This document shows, piece after piece, positions 46,624 through 55,957 of a stretch of 64,000 nt of DNA. Under the pieces are notes generated by a model. That model did no database searches and was not told where the DNA came from. It saw nothing but the letters and a program-made list of their open reading frames with translations. Source of the stretch: a virus. Taxonomy: Duplodnaviria > Caudoviricetes. The stretch is from the IMG/VR virus record IMGVR_UViG_3300037067_009690, positions 1 through 64,000 of that record. One strand, 5' to 3'. A program made the translations under genes and the position numbers. Position 1 is the stretch's first letter. Each line of letters starts with the position of its first letter.

Positions 46624-46817
46624 CGGTGGGTGTCCTCGTCTTCGGGTGGGCGTGGCGGGTCCGGGTGCCAGTAGCCGCCCTGCATGTCGGTGACCGTCCA
46701 GCCGCGGTTCTCGGCGGATCCGGCGGACCGGCGGGCGTGGGCTTTCCGGCGGGCCCAGGAGGTGCGTGTCCGGCCCTGTGGGTCGCGGGTGGTGAGGCGC
46801 CACAATCTTTCGCGCAT
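46620..46817 (-). CDS. Small basic protein
   Basis: Operonic; Arg-rich. Confidence 0.45.
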   Translation of the reverse strand: MRERLWRLTTRDPQGRTRTSWARRKAHARRSAGSAENRGWTVTDMQGGYWHPDPPRPPEDEDTHR

Positions 46818-46864
46818 GCCGCTAGTGTATCCCACTGTGGGACGTGAGCGTCCCACAGTGGGTG

Positions 46865-47239
46865 TCACGGCGTGTCCGGCCACGCCGAGATCAGCGCCAC
46901 CAGACACCCCACCAGCCCAGCCAGCGCCGCCAGGCCACCGGCCACCGCAAAAGCCCGCGCCCACGGCGACCACGACCGGTCAGACGTCCGGCGCCGCTGA
47001 TCCTCCGCCTCAGCCAGAGCCGCAGCCGTCGCCACCGTTGTCGCCGCAGACGCATCAGCCTGATCACCGAGCCGCTGCACCGCCAACGTCAGATCGGTCA
47101 GGGCCTGGAGCAGGGACGCGAGAGACCCGTTGATCGCGGCGAAATGCCTGTCGTGGGAGTCCAGTCGCTCGGCGACACCACCCTCATACCGGCCACGGTC
47201 ATACGCCTCATCCGTCAATTGGTCACGTCCTGGCTTCAT
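46865..47239 (-). CDS. Coiled-coil protein with C-terminal membrane segment
   Basis: RLDSHDRHFAAINGS...; hydrophobic tail. Confidence 0.55.
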   Translation of the reverse strand: MKPGRDQLTDEAYDRGRYEGGVAERLDSHDRHFAAINGSLASLLQALTDLTLAVQRLGDQADASAATTVATAAALAEAEDQRRRTSDRSWSPWARAFAVAGGLAALAGLVGCLVALISAWPDTP

Positions 47240-47540
47240 TGACCATGTCAGCGATTCTGAGCGCATCATCGAAACATGGGCACCCATGGACCGCATACCT
47301 CCCGGGGGCCAGCCGGACAGGTTCCCCAGCAACCACCGTCCGCCCGCATTCCACGTGCAACCACGCCAACCCTTTCACCCTGGCCATGCCAACACATTCA
47401 CGCGTGAACCTGTCCGCCTCACCGGCCAGATAGTCGGCCGCTGACCGCAGTGCTGCCGGGACGGCGGCTGCCAGGGGCTCTGCGTCGCCGGGTGAGATGG
47501 CGTGCATCGGCTGGTCTCCTGTCGAGGGCGGATCGGTCAT
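47223..47540 (-). CDS. Hypothetical protein
   Basis: ATGA overlap. Confidence 0.45.
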   Translation of the reverse strand: MTDPPSTGDQPMHAISPGDAEPLAAAVPAALRSAADYLAGEADRFTRECVGMARVKGLAWLHVECGRTVVAGEPVRLAPGRYAVHGCPCFDDALRIADMVNEART

Positions 47541-48184
47541 GAGGCGCCTCCTGTGGCGTGGGTGTCGCGGGCGACCATGTCGGCGAGGAGGGCGAGCTGC
47601 CGGCGGCGGTGGGCCTCGGCCTGGTCGATCTCGGCGCGGGTGAGGGCCTTGACCGGGGGAGCGGGCCGGGTCCTGGGCTGTGGCTGGCCGTCCCTCGCGG
47701 GGTCGACGGCGGGGAGCCGTTGGGTGATGGCCTTCGGGTCGCGGGCGGTGGCCTGCCGCAGCAGGTCGATGACGTCGCCGGGGGCCGGGGTGGGAGCGGG
47801 CTCCCCTGAGGTGATGGCTCGGCGATGGACGCCGCCAGGGAGGGCCGCGGGGTCCACTGCGGGCGCCGGGGTCGACGCCACCAGGGCACGATGCACCCGG
47901 AGCTCCGCGAGGTACGCGGCCACATCCTCGGGGTCGGCGGTCGGAACGTAGTCGTCGGCGCCCTCCAACCTCCTGGCGCGCAGCCTCTTCGCCTCGGCGC
48001 GCAGCACCGACGGGTCGATCCACGTGTCCCGCTTCGCCACCGCCGGCAGGACGGCCCGGACATCATCGGCTGTGACGTCGTCGAGGACGACATGCCACCC
48101 AGCTGGGGTCTCGGCGTCGAACCGTTGCGCGGGCTTGATGGACGCCGCCACCCGGCACAGGCGCTGGACTTCCTCCATTGTCAT
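47537..48184 (-). CDS. Putative helicase loader/inhibitor (G39P-like)
   Basis: AGWHVVLDDVTADDVRA...WIDPSVLRAEAKRLR; directly after the initiator gene. Confidence 0.55.
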   Translation of the reverse strand: MTMEEVQRLCRVAASIKPAQRFDAETPAGWHVVLDDVTADDVRAVLPAVAKRDTWIDPSVLRAEAKRLRARRLEGADDYVPTADPEDVAAYLAELRVHRALVASTPAPAVDPAALPGGVHRRAITSGEPAPTPAPGDVIDLLRQATARDPKAITQRLPAVDPARDGQPQPRTRPAPPVKALTRAEIDQAEAHRRRQLALLADMVARDTHATGGAS

Positions 48185-48195
48185 GGGTCCTCCTC

Positions 48196-49092
48196 TCAGA
48201 TGAAGTCGACGATTGTTCTGGCGCCGCGGGAGTCGAGTAGCGCCTGGCCGTTGCGGCCCCAGTCTTCCCATTTGGCGTTGCGGGATGCGATTTCCTGGTC
48301 CCGGCGGGATTGGCGGGGTCTGGTGTGGTCATCGTGGGATGTCTTAGCCCAGTTCTTCCATACGAGGTCCCACCTGGTTTTCCGTCCGTCTTTCCCTGGC
48401 TTGGACACCCAGTAGTTGCGGAACTTTTCCACTTCGGCCCATCCGACTGTGGGGCAGTTCTGTCGGGTCCAGGCTTGGAGGGCGGCGTCTGGCTCCCAGT
48501 CTTCGGGGAGTCGGGTGCCCCGGTCTGATCGGGGCTTCGGGGGTGGGTCGTTGAGTGGGAGCGGCTGTTGTGCGGTGGGGGTGGGAGCTGGCGCAGCCTG
48601 CGACGCTTCTCTCTCTTGTACTGGCTCTTGTACTGGCTCTTGTGTTTTCTGCCGCATGGGTGCGGGTACCCCCTCCGCACGGGTGCGGCTACCCCTCCGC
48701 GCGGGTGCGGCTACCCCTGTACCTGCATCGGCGCGGATGTCCGCACGGGTGCGGCTACCTCTATCGGGCACACCGCGTTCAACGTCATGTATGGTGTATA
48801 TACTCGCTTTCAGGACGTTGCCAGTACCGTGCTGTTGCTCGACAGTAAGCACCCCGGCCATTACGAGTTCCTTCGCTGCCCGGTCGACAGTGTCTGTTGA
48901 ACGTCCCATTAATTCAGCGAGTTCTGACCGGTAGAGCTGGTAGCTACGTGTTGCTAGGTCAGCGAATGTCGCGATGATCGCGTAAAGCGTTTTCGCGTTA
49001 GGTGAAAGCGTCTGGTCGCGGATTATTTCAGTCGATAGCTGAACGAAAGGAAGGGCTCGCGCCCGTGCGACTCTAATCTCAGTGTCAGCCAT
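48196..49092 (-). CDS. Replication initiator (HTH_36-like)
   Basis: LSPNAKTLYAIIA...RSELAELMGRSTDTVDRAAKELVMAG; internal iterons; RGTRLPEDW.P...EKFRNYW...RWDLVWKNW C-terminal domain. Confidence 0.8.
   Translation of the reverse strand: MADTEIRVARARALPFVQLSTEIIRDQTLSPNAKTLYAIIATFADLATRSYQLYRSELAELMGRSTDTVDRAAKELVMAGVLTVEQQHGTGNVLKASIYTIHDVERGVPDRGSRTRADIRADAGTGVAAPARRGSRTRAEGVPAPMRQKTQEPVQEPVQEREASQAAPAPTPTAQQPLPLNDPPPKPRSDRGTRLPEDWEPDAALQAWTRQNCPTVGWAEVEKFRNYWVSKPGKDGRKTRWDLVWKNWAKTSHDDHTRPRQSRRDQEIASRNAKWEDWGRNGQALLDSRGARTIVDFI
48652..48762. repeat. Iteron-like repeats, putative replication origin
   Basis: Four copies of about 22 bp CCGCACGGGTGCGGCTACCCCT starting at 48652, 48675, 48697 and 48741. 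Confidence 0.75.
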
Positions 49093-49121
49093 TGTCGCCC
49101 CCGTCAATCTTGGGGCCGGGT

Positions 49122-49319
49122 TTACACGTGCAGGGCTTGGGTGAGATACTCACCGTGAGAGCCCCCTTTCCGAGTGTGCGGATTGGGCTGGCTGGCGGGC
49201 CCCTGGTGGTACAGGTGCCCGCCACATTTTTTGGTCCGCCCCCATCCTACCGTCACGGCGTGTACGCCCGGACACGCCACGTAATGGCCCCAGGTCACCG
49301 GGTGTCCGGCGGCCGTCAT
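49122..49319 (-). CDS. Hypothetical protein
   Basis: CPGVH...CGG; ATGA overlap. Confidence 0.4.
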   Translation of the reverse strand: MTAAGHPVTWGHYVACPGVHAVTVGWGRTKKCGGHLYHQGPASQPNPHTRKGGSHGEYLTQALHV

Positions 49320-50191
49320 GCGGCGTCCCGGGCGGGTTCACGGCGGTCCAGGCGCTCGATCAGGTCCCCACGGTCCTGGCGCTGAAGGCACCGGCGCACA
49401 GCCTCCACCGTCACCCCCAGGTCCCGGGCGATGCCCTCCCACCGCTCCAAGGCCTCCACGCGGAGCTCGATCCGGTCGACACGGTCGACGGGATCCCTGC
49501 GGTGCTCGACGCCACGGACCCCGGACGGGACGGTGTCAGGGTCGTCGATCGTGTCGTCATCCCATGCGAGGGGCGGAGGCCACCCCGCGGCCAGAGCGCG
49601 GGCCCTGGTGGCCTCAGACGGCCCCGGGGTCATAGCCAGCCGCTGGTAGACGCCGGCGATCACCGTGGCTCTGCCGGCTGTGATCCGCGGGCGCCTGAGG
49701 GTCTGACTCAGGGAGCACCTGGGGACTCCGGCGTCCCGGGCGATCGCGGACATGGACCAGCCGACCGCGTGCAGCGCCCTGAGCCTGCGCTGCGACCCGC
49801 ATGCAGGGACCATCAGCTCCGGGGCGACCCCCACGTGCGTGCAGCGGACCGCGGTGAGCCTGCGGGCGGTGGACGCGCGGACACCGACGAGGGGCCGGTG
49901 GTAGAGGATTGTCTCGATCGTCGGGTCTGGGACATGTGACACGGCGGCGATGGCCGCGATAGACATGCCCTGGTCGATGCGGTCCCGCAGGTGGGTGATG
50001 ACGGGCCTGGGGTCGGTGAGGTGGTCGGCCTGCCCGCGGGTCACGGCGAGCCGGTATCGGCCCTGGGCGACCATGGCCGCGTGTCGGCAGGCATCGCAGC
50101 GGCAGCCGTGGTGGTTGTATGCGCGGGCCGTGCCGTGCCAGGTCTCACCGGGTGAGACGGGCATATGGACGTCGGCGTGCTGAGGCATCAT
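49316..50191 (-). CDS. Actinophage multi-HTH protein
   Basis: HGTARAY..HGCRCDAC; two HTH blocks; RRLRALHAVGWS; GWPPPLAWDDDTIDDP. Confidence 0.7.
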   Translation of the reverse strand: MMPQHADVHMPVSPGETWHGTARAYNHHGCRCDACRHAAMVAQGRYRLAVTRGQADHLTDPRPVITHLRDRIDQGMSIAAIAAVSHVPDPTIETILYHRPLVGVRASTARRLTAVRCTHVGVAPELMVPACGSQRRLRALHAVGWSMSAIARDAGVPRCSLSQTLRRPRITAGRATVIAGVYQRLAMTPGPSEATRARALAAGWPPPLAWDDDTIDDPDTVPSGVRGVEHRRDPVDRVDRIELRVEALERWEGIARDLGVTVEAVRRCLQRQDRGDLIERLDRREPARDAA

Positions 50192-50390
50192 GGTGGTGAT
50201 GCCACTCCTTCCGGTTGTGTCGGATGAGCGTGGAAGTCGTGGCGCCCCTGTTTCCGCAGGGGCGTCGCGCGTTTCGCGCGGCGCGGCTTCCGGGTGTGGA
50301 GTTGTCCCGCCGATCCTACCGTCAGGGTGATCGGCTGGCCCCTGTCTGTGACGGGTGTCCGGGCTGGCCACGGCCGGCCCCGGCCACTTG

Positions 50391-50948
50391 TCACCGTCGC
50401 GTGGGATCATCAGACGCTCCCTCGTTGATCTCGCGGGACACTGCGGCCGGCGTCTGGGCTCCATCCCCGGTGCCGGCCGTCGCCCGTCTCGGGCGCCCCC
50501 CGCGGGCCAGCTGATCCCGGGCAGCGTGGACGGCGTGCCGCACCTGCGCGCGGGACACCCGCCGGCCGATCTCATCCGACCTGGCCAGGGCGATCTCCTC
50601 ATAGGACAGGCCCTGGTCGTGCATGGCCAGGCACTCCCACTGGGGGGCCATCACGGGCCGCTGGGGGATCACGTGCGCGTGCCGCTTGCGCCACGTGGCG
50701 GCCGTCGTCTTCGACACGCCGAGCTCGGCGCAGATCCCGTCCATCGTCGCGCCCGCGGCGAGCATCGGCACGGCCAGGGCCTCACGCTCCGACATGTCCT
50801 CCGGTGTCGGCGGTGGCTCCGGGTCTGACTCGGGTGGGATGGCGCGTGGTGACAGCCATGGCCTCGACGGCTGCCCGTGGACCCGCATCCACGCGGCCCG
50901 GTCGCCTGGTTTCCACCGGTGCCAGTCCGACGGCGGGCGCCCGGTCAC
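50391..50948 (-). CDS. Multi-HTH protein
   Basis: ATMDGICAELGVSKTTA; GLSYEEIA. Confidence 0.55.
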   Translation of the reverse strand: MTGRPPSDWHRWKPGDRAAWMRVHGQPSRPWLSPRAIPPESDPEPPPTPEDMSEREALAVPMLAAGATMDGICAELGVSKTTAATWRKRHAHVIPQRPVMAPQWECLAMHDQGLSYEEIALARSDEIGRRVSRAQVRHAVHAARDQLARGGRPRRATAGTGDGAQTPAAVSREINEGASDDPTRR

Positions 50949-51379
50949 GACGCCCTCCGTGCGGCTCGGGCGACCGTCGAGTGGGCGCGTCCCATGGCGT
51001 GCGCCGCGGCCCGCAGCGACATCGATGACAGCAGGGCCTTCGCCTCACCGGGGTCCACAGACGCCGGCTTGCGTCGCCTCGACGCAGCGACCCGCGCCGC
51101 ACGCTCCTCGTCGTCGATCGACGGATCCGCGCACCACCGCTCATACCGGTCCATGCCGCCCCATATGCCCCACATGGAGCTGATGGCGGCGCCCGCCTCG
51201 TACGTGGCAGCCAGGTCCATGCACTCCATCCGGACTGGGCACAACCCGCATTCTTTCTTGGCCTTTTTTTCCATCCGCCGATTATCGGATTCACCGATAA
51301 CAGTGGAATCCAGGCCGTGCCACAGGTCAGGGTCGGTGGTCCGGCACCGGGCCTGCTCCAGCCATTCCATGTCACTCAC
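50945..51379 (-). CDS. whiB: WhiB-family transcription factor
   Basis: WLEQARC...DPDLW...AKKECGLCPVRMEC...GIWGG; extra C-terminal HTH. Confidence 0.9.
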   Translation of the reverse strand: MSDMEWLEQARCRTTDPDLWHGLDSTVIGESDNRRMEKKAKKECGLCPVRMECMDLAATYEAGAAISSMWGIWGGMDRYERWCADPSIDDEERAARVAASRRRKPASVDPGEAKALLSSMSLRAAAHAMGRAHSTVARAARRAS

Positions 51380-51579
51380 CGGGTCACCCGCTTTCCCCGG
51401 TCACTGGACACCACGTCCTGCATCCCGTGACCAGCGAAGCACATGGCGCGCACGCTCGGCGGCGGAACAGTGGGCCCCCCGGCGGCGGTAGTACCGCCGC
51501 CCTCCCGGACACACCCGCAGGCCAGGACACGCACCCACATACGCCCGGCCTTCGTCTTAGCTTTCGCGTCAATACCCAC
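51376..51579 (-). CDS. Hypothetical protein
   Basis: RBS AGGAG; LACG and C..HG motifs. Confidence 0.45.
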   Translation of the reverse strand: MGIDAKAKTKAGRMWVRVLACGCVREGGGTTAAGGPTVPPPSVRAMCFAGHGMQDVVSSDRGKRVTR

Positions 51580-51928
51580 GCCGCGCTCCTATCCTCGCCA
51601 ACTCTCCAGCGATAACACCATTGTCCAGGTCACACGGCCGCCACACGCCGGCGTCCATTCCCGCCGACCTGAGCATCCCCAGCACGAGTTGCTGCGCCGG
51701 GGACACGACACCTCGCGCAGACTTCAACTCCCGGAACAGCGCCTGGCCCGTCCCGTCTGGGTTAGTGCGCATCAACACCAGGTCAGGCCACCCGCCGGCA
51801 GACCGCCGCGAATCGTATGGGTGATAAACCCACCATCCGAGGGCCTTCGCTAATTCCAGGACCTTATCCTGGAACAATTCCTCGGGGCCTTTCTTGCGGG
51901 TCTTCACCGCCGAGGCCACCGCGGTCAT
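51569..51928 (-). CDS. VRR-NUC-like nuclease
   Basis: EELFQDKV...GWPDLVL...FRELK...SPAQ. Confidence 0.8.
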   Translation of the reverse strand: MTAVASAVKTRKKGPEELFQDKVLELAKALGWWVYHPYDSRRSAGGWPDLVLMRTNPDGTGQALFRELKSARGVVSPAQQLVLGMLRSAGMDAGVWRPCDLDNGVIAGELARIGARRGY

Positions 51929-52113
51929 GGCAGGCACCTCCCTGCGGGCGGGCCGGCCACGCACACGGGGATCGGGTCGGTCACCCCGTCGTGCCACGCG
52001 ATCCACAAGGCGACCACGACCACCGTGAGGGCCAAGGCCGCAGCGAGGATCCACCGGTCGACGAGGGCCACGTGGCGGCCCATGCGGGCAGTCCGGTGCT
52101 GGCCGCGGGTCAC
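51925..52113 (-). CDS. Small membrane protein
   Basis: One membrane segment; GTGA overlap. Confidence 0.45.
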   Translation of the reverse strand: MTRGQHRTARMGRHVALVDRWILAAALALTVVVVALWIAWHDGVTDPIPVCVAGPPAGRCLP

Positions 52114-52472
52114 GTGCCGGGGCCCATCGGCACCGACCCCGGCGTGACCTGCGGGGCCATGTCCGACTCTGCCGGCAGGACCGGCAGCAGCGGCCCCGGG
52201 ACCGGGACATCCGGGGCCGACTCAACCGGACCACGCGGCACCGCCAACGTTTCCCCCGGCAGAACCGGGAAAGACACGCGGATACCATGCGCCTCCAATG
52301 TTTCCGCCAACTGCCGGTTCCGGGCGATCGTGTACCTCTGCAATTGACAGTCCGCGCACGGCGGGATAGGCGACGGGACCGACAGTCGTTTAACGACAGG
52401 CCGCATATTGATGCCGATACCCCACCCGACGCCTGCCGCGAACGCGACCAATATGATTCCCTCAACAATCAC
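52110..52472 (-). CDS. Membrane-anchored hypothetical protein
   Basis: N-terminal membrane segment; CADC. Confidence 0.45.
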   Translation of the reverse strand: MIVEGIILVAFAAGVGWGIGINMRPVVKRLSVPSPIPPCADCQLQRYTIARNRQLAETLEAHGIRVSFPVLPGETLAVPRGPVESAPDVPVPGPLLPVLPAESDMAPQVTPGSVPMGPGT

Positions 52473-52981
52473 TGCCGTCCCCTATTCCGCCCCGGGACAC
52501 GCGCCCCAGAGGTCTTGAGGACCTGCGCGAGCAAGGCCGTTACCGCGCGGGCCTGCAACTCCGACAGGAGCTCGTTTTCCTTCCGATGCACGAGCCTCTC
52601 CGGAGTCACCACGGCATGCACAGCCATATCGCGCAGGACCGTCCACGTGTAACCTCCGGGCAACCGGATACCGGGCCTTGACGCCTCCACCAGTGCCCGC
52701 TGGACCTCAGGGTCAGTGAGAGTGATACCGCGGTGCCTATTGTGGACCCGCGTTATCCATCCCCCGGCCTCCAAGGCATCCAGGTGAGGGCGGACCGCGG
52801 AAAGGTTCCTAAACCCGACCGCGTCGCACAGCTCCCGGTGCGTGGGTGGCCGCATTCCCTGCCGGTCCCGGTGGATGAGGAGGCATAGGACGGCGCGGCG
52901 GTCGGCGTCCATCGCCTCGGGTGTCTCGTCGATGAGCTGGAGGTGGGGGCCGGACATCGGCACGTGATTGGGCATGGTCAC
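52469..52981 (-). CDS. LexA-type DNA-binding domain protein lacking the peptidase domain
   Basis: GMRPPTHRELCDAVGFRNLSAVRPHLDALEAGGWITRVHNRHRGITL. Confidence 0.8.
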   Translation of the reverse strand: MTMPNHVPMSGPHLQLIDETPEAMDADRRAVLCLLIHRDRQGMRPPTHRELCDAVGFRNLSAVRPHLDALEAGGWITRVHNRHRGITLTDPEVQRALVEASRPGIRLPGGYTWTVLRDMAVHAVVTPERLVHRKENELLSELQARAVTALLAQVLKTSGARVPGRNRGRQ

Positions 52982-53114
52982 TACCCTCCCCGATGCTGAT
53001 CATGACGGTGGGGGAGGCTGGCCCGGCGGTCTGACACCACCCACCATGCGATCAGCGCCAGCAGCGCCGCCACCCCCGCTGCGGAGATGGCGACGCCGGC
53101 GGCGACGAGGACGG

Positions 53115-53333
53115 TCACGGCGGATCCGCCTCGCCCCGGAGGACCCTGGCCGCGGCCTCGACGCGTCTCCTGCCGTCACTGTGGGGCATCCACTCCGTGG
53201 CCTCCGTGAGGCCGTCGGCGCGGCCATTGAGACGACACTCGGCCAGTAGCCCGGCCAGCATCGCCCGCCAGACGATTGACGTAGCGACCGCGCTGATGAC
53301 TGCGCCCACAGTGAAGGCGTCCAGGACGCTCAC
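53115..53333 (-). CDS. Small membrane protein
   Basis: GTGA overlap; one membrane segment. Confidence 0.45.
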   Translation of the reverse strand: MSVLDAFTVGAVISAVATSIVWRAMLAGLLAECRLNGRADGLTEATEWMPHSDGRRRVEAAARVLRGEADPP

Positions 53334-53539
53334 TCCCCGGCCGCCTGGTGTCCCTCGTCCCAGGCGAAGTCGAGGACCGGCAGGACCGCGGCGACCACAG
53401 CGGCGGCACGGTCCCGCGGGTCGGGGCCCCGGGCGACGAGTGCCTCCAGGACCACGCGGGACAGGTCCGCGCGCAGCCCGGGCGACACCCGGTGGACGGC
53501 TGGCGGGTCCTGCCCACCGTCAGTCAGGTCGATGGTCAC
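53330..53539 (-). CDS. Hypothetical protein
   Basis: GTGA overlap; AWDEG motif. Confidence 0.45.
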   Translation of the reverse strand: MTIDLTDGGQDPPAVHRVSPGLRADLSRVVLEALVARGPDPRDRAAAVVAAVLPVLDFAWDEGHQAAGE

Positions 53540-53796
53540 AGGGTCTCCTCAGGTCGGGTGATGTCGGTGGGGTGGCCCCAGTCGACGTCGATGTCTGAGA
53601 TGCCGCGGTACCGGCGCCAGGACCGGGCGTACGGCGCTGTCAGGTACGGGGCGGTGGCCGCCCACGTGTCGCACGCGGCCACCGCTTCAGCCTCAGACAC
53701 GGGCCACAGGCGGCGGATCAGCCGCACAGCCCGTTCCGGGTCGCCGATCACGTCTTCCATGACCCCGGCGACCTGCTCAGGCAGCAGGACGATCAC
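53536..53796 (-). CDS. Hypothetical protein
   Basis: GTGA overlap. Confidence 0.45.
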   Translation of the reverse strand: MIVLLPEQVAGVMEDVIGDPERAVRLIRRLWPVSEAEAVAACDTWAATAPYLTAPYARSWRRYRGISDIDVDWGHPTDITRPEETL

Positions 53797-55097
53797 GAGG
53801 CGACCTGCCCGTCCTCGATCACGATCCCGACACCCTCAGCGCCAGCGTCACGGACCATCTCGCACCACACCTGGTAGCCGTTCTCCGCGGCCATCTCCTC
53901 GATCATCCGCAGGCTTTCGGTGTCCAGCAGCGACCCGTCCTGCACGCGGATCACCCTGACCGTCGGGTTGAGGCGCATCGCGATCGCCACGGACACCCGC
54001 AGCTGCTCCGACGATGAGCACTGCCTCAACGGCACCCCACCGAAGGTGACGCCGTCGCCAGCGAAACCCAGGCCCGGAAGGGGCATGTCGGCCTCTTCGA
54101 GGATCGTCCGCTTCGTCTCGTCCACGTCGTCGATGTCGCGGGTCAGGCGCTCCGACTCGGCCCGGGCGGCGGCGAGTTCGTCGGCGACACGCTGCCGGTC
54201 TCGTGCTTCCCGGACGGCCCGGTTCACGACGTCGACCTCGGCGAGCCGGCCCGCGAACCCGTCCATGTCCGGGCGGGTCATCCCCTCGGCGGCGGCCCGG
54301 TCCCGGGCTGCGGTGGACGTGGCGTCCTCGGCCGCCGCACGCCGGGCGTCGCGGGCCACGGTGAGCCGCTGGATCTCGGCGTCCAGCCGGTCGGCCTCAG
54401 CCCGGTGCTGCTCGGCCTCCCGCTGCGCGCGGTCCACATCGGCGCGGGCCTGGTCGATGCGCTGGCACTCGGCCTGCGCGGCGGTCATCTCCGCGACGAT
54501 CGAGGCGGCGGACACCTCGACGGCGGGGGTGGATGGGTCAGCGGCGGGCATCCCCGCGAGCTGGCCTTCCAGGGCCTTCACCGTCCGGTTCACGCCCGTC
54601 CGGGCCATGTACAGCTCGTTGCGGCGGGCGTCCAGGACACGGGGGTCCTCGGGGAGGTCGATCAGGTCCAGGAGGGTCTTGACCTGGTCAGATTCGCGTT
54701 GCTGCACGAAACCGAGAGGGTCGAAAGACAGGGATCCGATGAGCCGGTCGAGCATCGCTTGAGGCCGGGAGAAACTCGCGCCCTCGCCGTTCTCGACCTT
54801 CAGGGTCGTGCCCTTCTCCGTCCACCTTCTGGTCACGACGATGTCGCCGAGATCGAGGCGGACCGTGGCGGTTTCCCTGTCGTTGTTGATCGGACACGGA
54901 ATGCCCCTCGCGGCGGCGGCATTCGACAGGGCCGCCCAGATCGCGTGCAGAACACTAGACTTTCCCTGGCCGTTCCGGCCCGCGATGACAACCAGCGACC
55001 CGTCCGGGTCCGGCGTGATATCCACGGCCGTCAGCCGCATGAATCCCTCGGCGCGCAGGCTCACAACACGCAGGCGACGATCCGGTTCAGTATTCAC
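53793..55097 (-). CDS. SMC/RecN-like AAA ATPase
   Basis: Walker A GRNGQGKSS, long coiled coil, SSSEQ signature, IRVQDGSLLD. Confidence 0.85.
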   Translation of the reverse strand: MNTEPDRRLRVVSLRAEGFMRLTAVDITPDPDGSLVVIAGRNGQGKSSVLHAIWAALSNAAAARGIPCPINNDRETATVRLDLGDIVVTRRWTEKGTTLKVENGEGASFSRPQAMLDRLIGSLSFDPLGFVQQRESDQVKTLLDLIDLPEDPRVLDARRNELYMARTGVNRTVKALEGQLAGMPAADPSTPAVEVSAASIVAEMTAAQAECQRIDQARADVDRAQREAEQHRAEADRLDAEIQRLTVARDARRAAAEDATSTAARDRAAAEGMTRPDMDGFAGRLAEVDVVNRAVREARDRQRVADELAAARAESERLTRDIDDVDETKRTILEEADMPLPGLGFAGDGVTFGGVPLRQCSSSEQLRVSVAIAMRLNPTVRVIRVQDGSLLDTESLRMIEEMAAENGYQVWCEMVRDAGAEGVGIVIEDGQVAS

Positions 55098-55957
55098 AGT
55101 CGCTTCCCCTCAGTAGCGGCGGTTCCAGCAGTCGAAACAGCAGGAGCCTTCTGCGGCAGAATGTCGTCAGCGCTAACACGCTCCGAAGGGAACTCGTCCT
55201 CGATGCGAATCTCTCCGCGCTGCAACGACTTGAAAATCACAGTCAACTGGGCAATGTCGTGCTCAGTCCACTTCTCGCGTTTCCGATCCAGCCTCACCTC
55301 AAGCTGGTCAGCTGAGACCCCGATCATCCCGTACGCCTTGATCGCGTCGGCGACACGGACATCGAGGGGCTTCCCTCCGCCGTCCGTCAACGTCTTCGAG
55401 CACAGATCCTTAGCCTCCTCCGTGAACCACGGAGGGAGAATCGAGAAGATCGCCTCCCGGAGACGCCGTGCCCCGTTGTTCGCGTTGTTCTCGTACACGT
55501 CGCGCATATCGACAAGCTTCTTCGTGCCATTCTTCGTGTCCCTCTTGTGGGGAACAACGAACGTCTGAGACGAACGCGTGTTGGTCTGCACATCCCACGC
55601 CCACGCCTGCATCTCCGAATATCCGTCGACATCGTCGCGACGCAACTCGGAGATCCCGTACTGAACATTCCCCCAGCACCTGGCCAATTCTCGGGCCAGG
55701 TGCACCGATGATCCCGTCACCGGCGACCCGCCGCGCGAGAACCGGTAGAACGCCCGGTCGGCGAGACCAGGCTGCGCGCACGACGCCCGCATCTGCTCCA
55801 TGGCCGCAGGGATAGACCTCGGCACCTGCTGGGCCACGACGATCGCGGCCTGCACCTCGGCGACGGCCCTGGACTGCTCCACTACTGTCGCCTGACCGAC
55901 ATGCCTCGGTGACGGGGCGGCCTGCACCCCCATGATTTCCTGCGCCGTGACAGTCAT
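55094..55957 (-). CDS. Putative single-strand annealing/recombination protein
   Basis: VEQSRAVAEVQAAIVVA...FYRFSRGG..VTGSSVHLARELARCWGN; adjacent to a RecE-like nuclease. Confidence 0.6.
   Translation of the reverse strand: MTVTAQEIMGVQAAPSPRHVGQATVVEQSRAVAEVQAAIVVAQQVPRSIPAAMEQMRASCAQPGLADRAFYRFSRGGSPVTGSSVHLARELARCWGNVQYGISELRRDDVDGYSEMQAWAWDVQTNTRSSQTFVVPHKRDTKNGTKKLVDMRDVYENNANNGARRLREAIFSILPPWFTEEAKDLCSKTLTDGGGKPLDVRVADAIKAYGMIGVSADQLEVRLDRKREKWTEHDIAQLTVIFKSLQRGEIRIEDEFPSERVSADDILPQKAPAVSTAGTAATEGKRL

Noticed and set aside
48614-48643. Tandem TCTTGTACTGGC repeat
   Set aside because: Encodes the QEPVQEPVQE linker typical of phage initiators; not a separate element.
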